Shown here piece by piece: positions 42,013-51,905 of a stretch of 64,000 nucleotides of DNA. The stretch spans positions 10,515 through 74,514 of the forward strand of contig JAJYUH010000001.1 in the NCBI GenBank assembly GCA_021792635.1. The letters are read 5' to 3'. Every line of letters begins with the position of its first letter. Within the stretch, counting starts at the first letter, position 1. The notes below the pieces were generated by a model. The model saw nothing but the letters and a program-made list of their open reading frames with translations. It was not told the DNA's origin and made no database searches. Source of the stretch: Natronospirales bacterium (lineage in GTDB: Bacteria > Pseudomonadota > Gammaproteobacteria > Natronospirales > REEB76). Both the position numbers and the translations under genes were made by a program.

Positions 42013-43359
42013 ATGAAACGCTGTCTTTGCCTGTTTTTCGCCTTGTTACCGGCCACCGTCTGGGCACAGTTTGCCGCGGTTCCGCCCCAGGAGCATCCGC
42101 TGCTGCGGGAGATCGCCAGCGCAATCCATGCCGATGAACTGCGTGCCATTGACACGCGTCTGGTGGGTTTCGGAACGCGCCACACGTTGTCCATCACCAC
42201 TTCGCCGACCCGTGGCATCGGTGCCGCGCGCCGCTGGGTGAAAGCGCAGTTTCAGGAGATCTCCCGCGGCTGCGGCGGTTGTCTCGAGGTGATTACGCCG
42301 TCCCAAGTGGTCACCGGCCCGGGAATCCCCAAACCCACGGAAGTCATGGATGTGGTGGCTATCCAGAAGGGTGCGACCGATCCCAGTCGTTATATCGTCA
42401 TGACCGCGCACCTGGATTCGCGGGTGGCGAACATCATGGATTCCACTTCCAATGCCCCCGGCGCCGATGACGACGGTTCCGGAGTTACCGCCATCCTTGA
42501 GACCGCGCGGGTGCTGTCCAAGTACAAATTCAATGCCACCATCGTGTACTCCGCCGATTCCGGCGAGGAGCAGGGGCTGTACGGCGGCAAGATTATCGCC
42601 CGGTACGCGAAAGCCCACGGCTGGAATGTGGAAGCCGACATCAACAACGACATGATCGGCAACAGCCAGGGTTCCGACGGCGTGGTGGACAATATCCGGG
42701 TACGGGTGTTTTCCGAAGGTATCAGCCCCAACGTCACGCCCGCGGAAATCAAGTATCTGTACTACCACGGCGGCGAGGTGGACTCGCCCGCGCGCCAGGT
42801 GGCGCGTTACATGGCAGTGTTGTGCCAGCAGTACGTGCCGAATCTGAAGGTCATGCTCATGTACCGCGACGACCGCTTCGGTCGCGGCGGCGACCAGATG
42901 GAGTTCGATGCGCTGGGGTATCCGGCAGTGCGTGTTACCGAGGCCCACGAGAACTTCACCCGCCAGCACAACGATGTGAAGATGATTGACGGCGTGCAGC
43001 ACGGCGACCTGCTCGCAGGCGTGGATTTCACCTACGCGCGCAAGATCACCGCGTTGGACGCCATCACACTCGCCTCCCTCGCCTGGGCACCGGCGCCGCC
43101 CTCGGGGGTGGGGATCGCGGGCGCAGTCACGCCCGATACCACGGTAAGCTGGAAACCAGTCGCGGGTGCGACCGGCTACCGCGTGTACTGGCGCGACACC
43201 ACTGCGCCGCTCTGGACCCATTCCGAATACGTAGGCGATGTCACCCGGCATGAGCTTCGGGACACCAGCATAGACAATTATTTCTTCGGCGTGGCGAGTG
43301 TCTCGAAGGACGGTTTTGAGTCACCGGTGGTATTTCCGGGTCCGACGGGCGCATTCTGA
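42013..43359 (+). CDS. Exported M28-family metallopeptidase
   Basis: AHLDS, GADDDGSG, GEEQGLYG and NNDMIG motifs; C-terminal FnIII-like domain. Confidence 0.92.
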   Translation: MKRCLCLFFALLPATVWAQFAAVPPQEHPLLREIASAIHADELRAIDTRLVGFGTRHTLSITTSPTRGIGAARRWVKAQFQEISRGCGGCLEVITPSQVVTGPGIPKPTEVMDVVAIQKGATDPSRYIVMTAHLDSRVANIMDSTSNAPGADDDGSGVTAILETARVLSKYKFNATIVYSADSGEEQGLYGGKIIARYAKAHGWNVEADINNDMIGNSQGSDGVVDNIRVRVFSEGISPNVTPAEIKYLYYHGGEVDSPARQVARYMAVLCQQYVPNLKVMLMYRDDRFGRGGDQMEFDALGYPAVRVTEAHENFTRQHNDVKMIDGVQHGDLLAGVDFTYARKITALDAITLASLAWAPAPPSGVGIAGAVTPDTTVSWKPVAGATGYRVYWRDTTAPLWTHSEYVGDVTRHELRDTSIDNYFFGVASVSKDGFESPVVFPGPTGAF

Positions 43360-43409
43360 GGAGCGAACACACCCTCGACGGCGCAGTAGCGCCCGCCGAG
43401 GAGACTGGG

Positions 43410-43808
43410 TTACATGGCCTGCAACAGGGCGATGGCGATGAGCAGTTCCCCCACCACGCCAACGGTGAAGGCGAGGGTGCGCAGTCCGGGAATGCCGAGG
43501 GTGTAGATGATGTAATGGGCAAGCCGCGCCCAGAAGTACAGTGCACAGCCCAGTACCGTGAGGTGATTGTTCACGCCGGCAAACTGCGCGGCGGCCACCA
43601 GCGCGGCGAATACCACCAGGTTTTCCACCGCATTGGCGTGCGCTCGTTGTGCGCGTTGTGCCCACTCATGTTGCGGTTTGTCGGCAGGGTTCGGGTTCGC
43701 CAGGGTGCCCATAAGGCCGCGCACCGTCATGCGATCGAGCACGTACGGGACAAAGAACAATCCCGTCATCATGGCGGTGATCGCGAGCCAGAAGACTTCA
43801 GGTTTCAT
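43410..43808 (-). CDS. MAPEG family protein
   Basis: RAQRAHANAVENL..F and RLAHYIIY motifs. Confidence 0.9.
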   Translation of the reverse strand: MKPEVFWLAITAMMTGLFFVPYVLDRMTVRGLMGTLANPNPADKPQHEWAQRAQRAHANAVENLVVFAALVAAAQFAGVNNHLTVLGCALYFWARLAHYIIYTLGIPGLRTLAFTVGVVGELLIAIALLQAM

Positions 43809-44038
43809 TTGATTTCTCCCTCAATGTGGGTGAGCCGGGGTGTCAAAGCCCCGGACAGGGCAGATTATCCGCCAGTCCATCCACAGTTGGAGTGATTTCA
43901 GTACAAAATGAAAGAACAAACCGGGTTGCAGCCCTAGGCGTTCCGTTAAAGTGTTGATAGTGTAAATATCCTGCACACAAGTGAAACGCCCGATACACTT
44001 TCGGTTACCGGGCGTTGTGTTGCTGTAAAACGGGCTGT

Positions 44039-44809
44039 CTATGAGGTAGGGTTGTGTTGTATGGCAGCTGAGGTCCTCGGAGCGCGCCGTTTCTCAACCT
44101 GCTCACGGATCTGGGGAAGCCTGGTTTTGGTGAATTCCTCCGGCCAGGCCGCGTGTTTTGGGATAGAGGCAAGTAGATCGAGCTTGTCACGACGCCAAGC
44201 TGCCACTCCGGCAGTGCAGGTGGCGAGGGCGGCTATGAACTCGGCGGCATTCAGCGCGGCACGAGTTTTACCCGAATTGAGCAGCTCCATGACCATGGCC
44301 GCGGCCACTTTCGACGCGACGGCCACCCGGTCCCGGTAGTATTCGCCGCCAGCTCCATCCCGACGGCACAGGGTCTCCCCATAGGTGTTTTCGAGTGCAG
44401 AGACGAGAACGTGCAGCGGGTGCATGACTCTGAAACTGTGCTCGCCGACGTCGATTTTGACCGCCCATTTATCGAGCTTTTCACTCTCGATGCCCAAGAC
44501 ACTAGTGAGGAAATCAATTGTGTGGGATTCTCCCTCGATCTGGACGACGACGGTGGCGGCGTTTGGAGTGTGGTCATCAAGCCCTGCGACACGGGTTTGG
44601 CCATGCCACGCGAGGCCAGCGGCAATGGCATCGGCCTTGTTGCCAATGAAATCGATGTCGACGCTGACCGCGGCGGTGACCTTCTTCAGGCGGTAGTGGA
44701 CCGCCCAGGCGTTCAAGGCTTGCCCCCCGACAAGGATTGCATCTTTGGTTCGAGGTGATGCCGCGAGGAGGTCCACCACCTCTGCGAGCGACAAAGACTT
44801 TGGGCTCAT
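44039..44809 (-). CDS. Putative nucleotidyltransferase-fold protein (toxin candidate)
   Basis: LVGGQAL...SVDIDF resembles the hG[GS]...DxD Pol-beta motif, with a third Asp in IDFL. ATGA-coupled to the upstream HTH gene. Confidence 0.6.
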   Translation of the reverse strand: MSPKSLSLAEVVDLLAASPRTKDAILVGGQALNAWAVHYRLKKVTAAVSVDIDFIGNKADAIAAGLAWHGQTRVAGLDDHTPNAATVVVQIEGESHTIDFLTSVLGIESEKLDKWAVKIDVGEHSFRVMHPLHVLVSALENTYGETLCRRDGAGGEYYRDRVAVASKVAAAMVMELLNSGKTRAALNAAEFIAALATCTAGVAAWRRDKLDLLASIPKHAAWPEEFTKTRLPQIREQVEKRRAPRTSAAIQHNPTS

Positions 44810-45246
44810 GCCGGGACATCGACCTGATTAAAGTGGGCACCCTCAATTCGCAAGGCGTTCTCCACGTCATGGCGTTCCAAGGACTTCCGGCCGCGAACGA
44901 CCTCGCCAAGTGCGCGCCGGCGCCGGCGACCTTCCTCGCGAGCCAACGATTGGCTGGATACCAGGGCAACGCTCGGCGCGTCCGCGGAGACAAGGGCAAC
45001 ACGCAGACCTGCAGCGGCGGCGAGCTTTTCGATGGACTGCAGGGACGGGTTGCCCCGGCCGGATTCGATGTCCTTGATGACGTTTAACGCGACGTTCAGC
45101 GAGTCGGCGAATTCCGACTGCGACAGCCCGTTTTCGGCCCGAACCAGGCGAGAGACATCACCGATGGCCAGGGCGCCTTGCTGCATAGCGCGACGCAGCT
45201 CGGCGAGCAAATCTTGGTCGTAGATACGTTGTAGGCGACGCGGCAT
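44806..45246 (-). CDS. XRE-family HTH regulator (antitoxin candidate)
   Basis: GLSQSEFADSL..IKDIESGRGNPSLQSIEKL HTH_3 pattern; GGAG RBS. Confidence 0.85.
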   Translation of the reverse strand: MPRRLQRIYDQDLLAELRRAMQQGALAIGDVSRLVRAENGLSQSEFADSLNVALNVIKDIESGRGNPSLQSIEKLAAAAGLRVALVSADAPSVALVSSQSLAREEGRRRRRALGEVVRGRKSLERHDVENALRIEGAHFNQVDVPA

Positions 45247-45274
45247 ACGGGGCTCCAAGAGTTGCTTACGCTTT

Positions 45275-45302
45275 ATTATAGTCCTTATAAGGGCTTTAAC
45301 AA
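45275..45302 (-). promoter_or_regulatory. Sigma70 promoter with an internal palindromic operator
   Basis: TTGTTA-N16-TATAAT, with the perfect palindrome CCTTATAAGG (45283-45292) in the spacer. Confidence 0.65.
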
Positions 45303-45380
45303 GGCAAGACACGCTTGTCCACTGCGGGCGCTATATTTTTAACACTTTTTAACGGAACGGCTGGGGTTGCAGCCGGGCCG

Positions 45381-46932
45381 CTAGTGCAACAGGCCGAACA
45401 CCGCCACGCCATCCGTTGTTCCCACGAAGACTTTGCCGTTGGCGACGTTGGGGGTGATGAATTTGTTGCCCGGGCCGAACCGGTTGCGGCTGCCGGCCTG
45501 GTTGCTGTCGTAGAGTTCGTGGGCGAGATTGCCGGCGTCATAGGCATACAGCACCGCCGGGTTGCTGTTGTCCACGGCCCAGAGGATGGCGTTGCGGCTG
45601 CCGTCGGCAGAGATGCTGGGTGTGGCACCCGGATAGGGGAATCGGTTGGTGGTTTCCGACACCGGTGTGGCTGAGAGTTTCGCCTGGCGGATGCTGAAAG
45701 CGCGGATCACGTCGCCTGCGGCGCCGTAGTACAGCGTGCCGCTGAAGTAGGCCGGCATACCGAATTCCGGACCACCGAAGCCTTGGGGCAGTTCCTGCCA
45801 GATGTGGTTGGCAGTGGGGCTGAGTTTTCCCATGTTGTCCCGGTTCACCACATAGATATTCCGGTCCTTGCCGGAACCGAAATCCTCGTCGGCACTGGAT
45901 TCCGCCACGGTGAGCCTATGGTTGGCGGTCGAAATTTTGAGGAACACATTGCCGTAGTCATGGTGGATGGGGAAGCCGTTGGCATCGAGCGTGGTAGCAA
46001 AAATGCCGTTACCGGCGAGAAAATAAATGTTGCCGCCGCTGTCGGCTGCCGGGCCGGCGCCCGAGGCCCAGATGGAACCTTCGCTGCCGTTGGGCGTGAT
46101 GTCGAGCACCCGGCTGCGGGTGAGCGTGGATTCGTTGTAGCCGATGATCCAGCCGGTGTAAGGCCGGTAGTCGCAGTGCGAGGACCAGAAGGTATAGACC
46201 ACGCCGTTGAGCAGCAGCAGTCCGGGCCGTTCCTTAGTACTGCGCCGGGGCGAAGGTCACCCGGCCCTTGACGCTGTTGTCGCCCGTGTCGGGATAGCTC
46301 GCCCGTACCGTCACCGGACTGCCCGGCCGCTCGGCACCGGTGGCGAGATCGAGCGCGTGCAGGCGCTGGTAATAACCGCCGGTGCCGTCTTTGGACATGG
46401 CCACTACGAAGAGCGTGCCGTGAGGGCCGGCGGCGGGATCAATCACCGGCGTGGCGGTGACGCCGATTTCCGGCGTCACCTGGCCGCAGCCGCGATCGTC
46501 GCTCGGGGTTTCGCCCGCGCCGAGCGGCGACACCCGCCACAGCACCGCGCCCGAGTCTGCGTTGAAGGCGTACACGCTGTCGTGTTCGGTGGCAACATAC
46601 AGCATGTTGCGGGTTGTGCCGTTGATGCCGAGCGCCGAAACGTACAGCGGCTGGGCGTCCACCTTGCCGTCCACTGGAAAAAAATTGATCCGGCCGAAAT
46701 CAGCGGAGTTGACGTTGGCAGGCGTGAGCACCGTCTCCCTCAAGTTGGCGCCAGTGCGGGCATTGTCGTTGTGGTAAGTGAGTACGTTGACGTTGCCCAG
46801 ACCCGGCGGCGGGGTGCTGCCGCCGGGAGGGCCGGGGGTGATGCTGTCGCCGCCTCCGCCGCAACCCGCGAGCAACAATGTGATACCTGCGACGAGCCCG
46901 CGCAGCGTTCTCTGGTACCTGTTTCCACCCAT
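45381..46932 (-). pseudogene. Decayed PQQ-like beta-propeller lipoprotein
   Basis: Lipobox LLAGC and TYHNDNARTGAN..VDGKVDAQPLY. One extra T near 46236 (CAGTACTAAGGAA, restorable to QYKERPGLLLLNG) splits the gene into ORFs 46234-46932 and 45381-46202. There are apparent internal deletions near ESSADEDFGSGKD. Confidence 0.8.
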
Positions 46933-47292
46933 ATCCGTCTCTTTTGTTGCAGCCGGCTATTCCAGTATAAACGCCCGGTTATGGCCGGTTGAGTCCGCCC
47001 GAATACCCATCAGTTCTACCGGCGTCTTGTCTTGGACAGATGCACGCAGTTACCGCGCGCGGCCGCGCGGCGCTCACCGGCGTGGCACCACGACCGGGGT
47101 GGACAGGAAATACGGCAGGCCGCCAGTGCCTCGAAGACCGCTGCGTCCGCGGCATCTGCACTACCACCGGACGCCGGCGCTGCGTACTCGCCACTGCGAT
47201 AGATATGTGTGCACAGCTCCGCTACTGGAACGCGGGCTCGGGCGCAGTCACCAGAGTGCATGAGCGCCAGGGAAGGCGGCGATCGCCATGGT

Positions 47293-48603
47293 TCAGAGCG
47301 GATCCGCTGCGGCCACTGCCGGCTTCGCGCGAGTGGGAATGGCCACCGAAGTGACCCAGCGACCGTGTGCGCCGGGTCCGAATTCCAGGCGATAGTGGCC
47401 GCCGTAGATGGCGAACAGCCGGCGGCGGGTGTTTCTCAGGCCCAGGCCGACGCCCGGCTCTGCGATATCGGTGCGTGTGGCAGGCGCGGTGTTCTTGACC
47501 GTGAAGGTGATGAATTCCCCGGCACGATGCCCCGAGATTTCCACCGTGTCCCGGCCCGGCACCTTGTCCACGCCGTGCTTGATGGCGTTTTCCACCAGCG
47601 GTACCAGCAGGAACGTCGGGATGCTGCAATCGAGCGCCTGCGCGTCCAGTTCCAGGTTGACGCTCAACCGGTCTTCGTAACGAGCTTTCATCACCGCCAG
47701 GTAGCGTTCCACGAACCGCACCTCCTCGCGCACGGTGGTGAATTCATGGCGGCCGTCGGCGAGGCTGCGGCGCAGCAGCGTGCCGAGCTCGATGAGCAGC
47801 TTCTCCGCGCGGTCCGGATCCTCGTGGATCAGCGCCACCACGGTGTTGAGCGCATTGAAGAAGAAATGCGGATTGAGCTGGCCGCGCAGCGTGCCGAGCC
47901 GCGCTTCCAGCCACTTGGAGCGCAGTTGCACCGCCTTGAGCTGTTCCGACTTGAAGCGCAGGAAGGCGTGGATGGCAAAAATCAGCACCAGTCCCAGCAG
48001 GTACACAATGGAATACTGAATGGTGGTGGCGAGCCAGATCCGCCAGGGACCGATGTAGCCGATCACCTGGTTGAGAGTATGTGCTGCGGCGAAAGTGCGG
48101 TTTGTCAGGTAGTAAGAGACGAGCAGTGCGGGACGCGCCAGCGATGAGAACACCAGCGCCAGAGCCATCTGTTTGAGGATGAACCGGCCGGTGCGGCGCC
48201 GCTGCAAGGGGAGGCTGACGGCGATGAAGTACACGCCTACGAGCAAGGGAAACAGCAGGCCGCGCGTCAGAATCCGCTGCCCGATATCGTCGAAGCTGAT
48301 ACCTTTTTCCGCGGTGGCGTTGCCGAGCAGCATCACCAGGATGTCCCAGGTGGTGGCGTAAATCCACAGCGGAATGCTCACCACCAACACGATAAGCAGC
48401 CGCCGCCACATGCGGGATGCGGGCTTTTGCAGCAGCGCGATCCATGCCGAACCGGCGGCTGGCGGAACCGCCGGCGAGGCCGGCTGTCTGCCGGCACCGG
48501 TATGATCCGTGGATAGAGTGTTCACAGTTTCTGGCAGTCGTTCAACCGCGGTTTCGGGTACGGCGCTGGGTGGATGGCCACGACCGCGGGATGATAGCGC
48601 CAA
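47293..48603 (-). CDS. LytS-type membrane sensor histidine kinase
   Basis: LRGQLNPHFFFNALN and PLVENAIKHG..GVGLGL motifs; several TM segments. The start is uncertain. Confidence 0.92.
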   Translation of the reverse strand: MALSSRGRGHPPSAVPETAVERLPETVNTLSTDHTGAGRQPASPAVPPAAGSAWIALLQKPASRMWRRLLIVLVVSIPLWIYATTWDILVMLLGNATAEKGISFDDIGQRILTRGLLFPLLVGVYFIAVSLPLQRRRTGRFILKQMALALVFSSLARPALLVSYYLTNRTFAAAHTLNQVIGYIGPWRIWLATTIQYSIVYLLGLVLIFAIHAFLRFKSEQLKAVQLRSKWLEARLGTLRGQLNPHFFFNALNTVVALIHEDPDRAEKLLIELGTLLRRSLADGRHEFTTVREEVRFVERYLAVMKARYEDRLSVNLELDAQALDCSIPTFLLVPLVENAIKHGVDKVPGRDTVEISGHRAGEFITFTVKNTAPATRTDIAEPGVGLGLRNTRRRLFAIYGGHYRLEFGPGAHGRWVTSVAIPTRAKPAVAAADPL

Positions 48604-48645
48604 TCCGGCCGCATCGCTCTTAGGATGGCAGCGCTGCGGAACTGC

Positions 48646-49272
48646 TCAGGGTGCGGAATCAGGCGCGGCAAGTCTGCGCTCCCGCACCCGGTGTTCAATG
48701 CCCGCCAGGGTATTCTGGCATTGCCGGCGCAGCTCGTCCTGGATTATCCGCGGGCCGATCAACGGCGGGATCCAGAAACGGGGCGTGATGGTTGCGTCCC
48801 AGATCAGGCGGGTGCCCGCGTCTTGAGGCTCGAGATGCCAGAAACTCGATCCCTGTTTGACGTTGCTCTGTCCGGGCAAAGTCACCGCCACGATATCCCG
48901 CGGGCCCAACTCGGTGATTTCCTGCACCTGACGCAGGGTGTGGCAGAAAAATACCGCGCACATGCGAGTTTGCGTGTAAACCAGCGTGGTGCCGAAGCCC
49001 AGTGTTTTCAGCACGCGGCTCTTGCGCACACTCGGATTGATCTTGGTCCAGTGCTTGAAGTCCACCAGAACGGCATATACCTCCGCCGGTGTCGCATCCA
49101 GATGCACATCGGCGCGCATGCTGTAGCTGTCACCCCGCTGACTGATATGCAGCCTGTAGAGCTTGTAAAGGCTAGCTCCGTATCCCGGTGGCGCCATCAG
49201 CAGTTGTAAGACGGCCGCCAGCGCCAACAGGCCGCGTAGCGATGCGCCGCGCACCGGTGGCGGAGCTTGCAT
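48646..49272 (-). CDS. Exported SRPBCC/polyketide cyclase-like protein
   Basis: Signal peptide, VYAVLVDF..W..I.P.VRKSRVL and P.FWIPPLIG motifs. Confidence 0.75.
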   Translation of the reverse strand: MQAPPPVRGASLRGLLALAAVLQLLMAPPGYGASLYKLYRLHISQRGDSYSMRADVHLDATPAEVYAVLVDFKHWTKINPSVRKSRVLKTLGFGTTLVYTQTRMCAVFFCHTLRQVQEITELGPRDIVAVTLPGQSNVKQGSSFWHLEPQDAGTRLIWDATITPRFWIPPLIGPRIIQDELRRQCQNTLAGIEHRVRERRLAAPDSAP

Positions 49273-49314
49273 ATTCTGGTTAGCCGTCGTGGGGACGGAT
49301 CGGTGCCACGGCGT

Positions 49315-50328
49315 TTAGCGTGCGGCAGGCAGCATCAGCGTCGTGCTCTTGAGTTCAGGTTCGGTACCCAGGTGATTCACGGTGTTGAAAATGATTGTGC
49401 CTTTTGATCCCGCAAAGCGGATTTCCGTTTCGCTGTCCGAGAGCGCCTCGTGCAGCAGCACGCCGTTTTCGGAAAAAGTCATGCTGCTGTTGTCGAGAAT
49501 CCGGTCGAATCCGGTGTGGTCGGCGGTAAAGGGTGTGGAGATCAGGCTGAATTTCACCGGATTAAGCCCCTGGCTGGCGAGAGAGTCGGTCAGGAAACCC
49601 ACCAGTGAACGGTTCAGCACGGCGATTGCCGCGGCCGCGGGTGCCGGATGTGCGGCCGGGTTGGCGAACGCAGCCTCCGGCGTTGTACCCTGGGCTTGGT
49701 ACCAGATCCTCGCCATGACATCGGTGTAGGGGTCTATGTTAATCACCCCGGCACCGGTACCGAAGCTGAGCAGCGTACGGCCCTGATTGTCCACTGCTTT
49801 CAACAGGAAAGGCGGTGTCAGCCCGTCGGCCTGGATCAGATAACGGCCGTTGCGATCGGTCATCGCGGTCGCGAGGTGACCCTGTGTGTCTTTCAGGCTC
49901 ACCAAGGCATTATTCAAGGCCCTGCCGACCGCCGCCGTGCCCATGACTGCGCCCGCCGCCGAGACTGTCAGAGTTGCCTTGTTGCTGGTGACGGTGGTCG
50001 GCATGCTATAGATGCCGCCGCTGAGGGTTACCGAGGCCGTGATCAGAGTGGTACCGGCCATCACGCCGGTGGCGAGCCCCGCGCTGTTGATGGTCGCCAC
50101 ACTGGGGTTCGATGAGGCCCAAGTGTAGGTGTAGGTCGTGCCATTATTGGCGACCGCGGTGTATTGCTGGGTGCCGTTGACCACAATGGTGGCGGTTGCG
50201 GGAGAGATGGTGATGGCCAGACCTCCCGTACTGGTCATGCTGCTGCCGTACCCGCCGCAGCCGGACAGCAAAAGCATCAATGCGGATGCGAGCACCGCGC
50301 CGGTGCGATGTGTGATGTGTTGAATCAT
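49315..50328 (-). CDS. Lipoprotein with an Ig-like (Big_2) domain
   Basis: GAGG RBS, lipobox LLSGC, and ISPATATI..TQQYTA..WASSNPSVATIN..GLATGV..GTTLITAS. Confidence 0.85.
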   Translation of the reverse strand: MIQHITHRTGAVLASALMLLLSGCGGYGSSMTSTGGLAITISPATATIVVNGTQQYTAVANNGTTYTYTWASSNPSVATINSAGLATGVMAGTTLITASVTLSGGIYSMPTTVTSNKATLTVSAAGAVMGTAAVGRALNNALVSLKDTQGHLATAMTDRNGRYLIQADGLTPPFLLKAVDNQGRTLLSFGTGAGVINIDPYTDVMARIWYQAQGTTPEAAFANPAAHPAPAAAAIAVLNRSLVGFLTDSLASQGLNPVKFSLISTPFTADHTGFDRILDNSSMTFSENGVLLHEALSDSETEIRFAGSKGTIIFNTVNHLGTEPELKSTTLMLPAAR

Positions 50329-50461
50329 GACGGCTACCTCGAGTGCGATCCCACGGGTTATCCGCTTTGGAAGCGGATGCCCTAAACTATGCCTGTGCCG
50401 GGCCGCCTTGAGTCCGTTATCAGGACAGCCGTGCTCGCTCAACGGATCCCTAGGAGCGATT

Positions 50462-50639
50462 GCTGTAATTAAAGCATCTATTACTTCAGATCAACGTGCG
50501 CTTGCGGAGAATGCGATCAACGGTGCGATGAACAGCGCGGGAAAGCCGCCCGGATGTACCGCCTGGCAAGGTATTGGATGGCAGAGCGGCACGCGATCAG
50601 GCGTTCGGCCGGACACAGGACGGCCGGGGCGCGGCGGGA
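50462..50639. repeat. ~175-bp imperfect direct repeat, copy A (putative LytTR-regulated promoter)
   Basis: Shares a perfect 22-mer (GCTTGCGGAGAATGCGATCAAC) and several shorter blocks with 53509-53680. Confidence 0.8.
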
Positions 50640-50675
50640 CGGGCCCGCCGCGTTCACCGGAAAGCCGGCGATGTC

Positions 50676-51218
50676 CTAACGTTTGTGTTGCGACTCCCAG
50701 CGCCTCAGTGCGGCAAGAGTGTTGGCCACGTGCCGGTCAGGGTTGAGGTTGGTATAGGTATAAATAATGGTGCGGTCGGGGACAATCACATAGGAGGTGC
50801 GGTTGGCATATTGGGTGTTCATGGGCAGGACCGCGTCATAGGCCTTCATGATTTTCTGATTCGTGTCGGCGGCCACCGGGAACTTGCTGCGGCACTCGCT
50901 TACCGAGAATTTCTTCAAGGTGGCGATGTTGTCGTGGGACACGCCTATGACCGTAGCGCCCAAGGCATGGTACTTGTCCATGGCCTCAGCAAAATCATGC
51001 GCCTCGATGGTACAGCCCTTGGTGAACGCTGCCGGATAGAAGTACAGCACTACCGGGCCTTTCCTGAGCGCCTCGGCCAGTGAGAAGCGGTACACCTTGC
51101 CGCCCAGAGACGCTTCGGCGGTGAACAGCGGCGCTTTGGCGCCGACAACCAGGCTGGCAAAGGCGGGCAGCGCGCAGGTCGCACAGATCAATGTCACAAC
51201 AAGCAAAAACCGTTTCAT
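50676..51218 (-). CDS. Exported peroxiredoxin (BCP/PrxQ-like)
   Basis: YFYPAAFTKGCTIEA (PxxxTxxC) motif and a signal peptide. Confidence 0.92.
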   Translation of the reverse strand: MKRFLLVVTLICATCALPAFASLVVGAKAPLFTAEASLGGKVYRFSLAEALRKGPVVLYFYPAAFTKGCTIEAHDFAEAMDKYHALGATVIGVSHDNIATLKKFSVSECRSKFPVAADTNQKIMKAYDAVLPMNTQYANRTSYVIVPDRTIIYTYTNLNPDRHVANTLAALRRWESQHKR

Positions 51219-51329
51219 GATGAATCTCCTCGATTTGGATAGCCACACAATGTGAAACGTCGTAAATGCGGCAGGATTGCCGCGTTCGCCTCGAACGGAT
51301 GAATAACGGCCGCAATCGTCCCGGGTTGG

Positions 51330-51905
51330 TCATTTTCCCGCCACTGGCTTGAGTGTCACGGAAAACAGGATTTCCACCCGGTTGCCCACCCACTCGGTGT
51401 CGGCCCATTGACCGAGTCCAATATGGTAATCAAGGCGTTGCAAACTCCACTGGCCTGAAAGTCGCGCGTCGCCGCCGCCAGCAGGCGTGAGCCTGATCGG
51501 CACGCTGATTTCGCGGGTCACGTCGCGCAGCGTCAGTTTGCCGGTTACCTGATAACGCCCCGGCCCCAGGGGTTTGACCGATTCGCTGTCGAACATTGCC
51601 TGCGGCCAGCGTGCGCTGTTGAAAAAATCCGGGCCGCGCAGGGCTTTATCCAGCTCGGGTAATTGCGTGTCCACCGAGGCGGTGCGCACGCTCACGCGGA
51701 AGCGGCTGCCGGTGGCGTGGCCGGTATCAATGCACACCCGACCGGCATAATCACTGAAAGTACCGTGTACTGGCGCCCCCGCCTGCGTGCCGGTGAACAC
51801 GATCTTGCCCGCCTGCGGCACCAGTACCCAGCACTCTGCCAGCACGTGCGGCGCACCTGCCGCCCAAAGCAAGGCCCCTGCAATTATCCGTGCCACACGG
51901 TTCAC
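51330..51905 (-). CDS. YceI family protein
   Basis: SVDTQ..LDKALRGPDFF..WPQAMF..GKLTLRDVTR. The GTG start overlaps the cytochrome b561 stop. Confidence 0.9.
   Translation of the reverse strand: MNRVARIIAGALLWAAGAPHVLAECWVLVPQAGKIVFTGTQAGAPVHGTFSDYAGRVCIDTGHATGSRFRVSVRTASVDTQLPELDKALRGPDFFNSARWPQAMFDSESVKPLGPGRYQVTGKLTLRDVTREISVPIRLTPAGGGDARLSGQWSLQRLDYHIGLGQWADTEWVGNRVEILFSVTLKPVAGK

Larger units (their letters stand above)
43926..45372. mobile_element. Putative non-autonomous mobile cassette bounded by imperfect terminal inverted repeats
   Basis: The left end TTGCAGCCCTAGGCGTTCCGTTAAA and the reverse-complemented right end CTGCAACCCCAGCCGTTCCGTTAAA match at 21/25 with no gaps. CCGGG lies directly outside both ends (43921-43925, 45373-45377). 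There is no transposase inside. Confidence 0.6.

Noticed and set aside
46947-46956. Third occurrence of TTGCAGCCGG matching the cassette's right end
   Set aside because: Only 10 bp, and it lacks the CGTTCCGTTAAA block, so it is compatible with chance.
46933-47292. Short ORFs between the PQQ pseudogene and the kinase
   Set aside because: No frame has a convincing RBS, family motif or coding bias.
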